NCBI GenBank assembly: GCA_030704615.1
Contig: CM060732.1
Coordinates: 17,980,001 to 18,044,000, forward strand
Reading direction: 5' to 3'
DNA from: Takakia lepidozioides
Taxonomy: Eukaryota > Plantae > Bryophyta
DNA: 64,000 nucleotides
Position numbers and translations under genes: made by a program
Notes under the pieces: model-generated
What the model was told of the DNA's origin: nothing
The model's database searches: none
The model's input: only the letters and a program-made list of their open reading frames with translations
In this document: in pieces, positions 63,742 to 64,000 of the stretch
How the letters are laid out: each line of letters begins with the position of its first letter
Numbering within the stretch: the stretch's first letter is position 1

Positions 63742-64000
63742 CTTTTGGGAACGGTTGTTGGCGCAGTTTGGCGGGACGTTGAAAGACGTGTTGAAGGCGG
63801 CTAATGCCACTTCCACTAAGGCAAAGTTTAAGGTGAAGCCTAAGGAACCCGACACCTTTGAGGGCGTCCGAAATTGGAAGGCACTCAACACCTGGCTCTT
63901 GGAGCTAGAGCAGTACTTCCGGGCGGCCAAGTTGAGTGACGAGGATCGGGTGGAAGTGGTTCCCACCTATTTGAGGGGCTATGCTCAACAATGGTGGCAG
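63742..64000 (+). pseudogene. gag fragment of the same chromovirus family (undeleted at the 41620 junction)
   Basis: Near-identical to 41424-41620, then continues KLSDEDRVEVVPTYLRGYAQQWWQ. Confidence 0.85.

Overview
Eukaryotic DNA, most likely a non-seed land plant (inferred from a nuclear ferredoxin with a plastid transit peptide, GT-AG introns and the TE families present). The only clear host gene is the ferredoxin (2235-2687, -). The rest is a nest of mobile elements: tRNA-derived SINEs, LINE scraps, a TIR element with SWIM-finger transposase remnants, a 13.6-kb non-chromoviral Ty3/Gypsy element with an extra 3' ORF, two copies of a large Mutator-like element (MULE) and a deleted chromovirus. 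Two systems stand out. (1) A very young Ty3/Gypsy element (42978-54794, -). It encodes a DNMT3-like cytosine methyltransferase between protease and RT, has a single in-frame TAG in a CAR-YYA readthrough context before RT, and carries a PHD finger on its integrase. It has a self-priming site instead of a tRNA PBS, and split, circularly permuted termini (B...A-B-A) that look like a 2-LTR circle opened at an internal CA-GC-TG palindrome. (2) A MULE with a spliced GCM-like/DDE/SWIM transposase. It also carries a second spliced gene with a ParB/Srx-like domain and a beta-class N4C/N6A DNA methyltransferase-like domain, surrounded by arrays of GGCGCC-centred palindromes. All domain calls were made by eye from motifs; no database searches were run.
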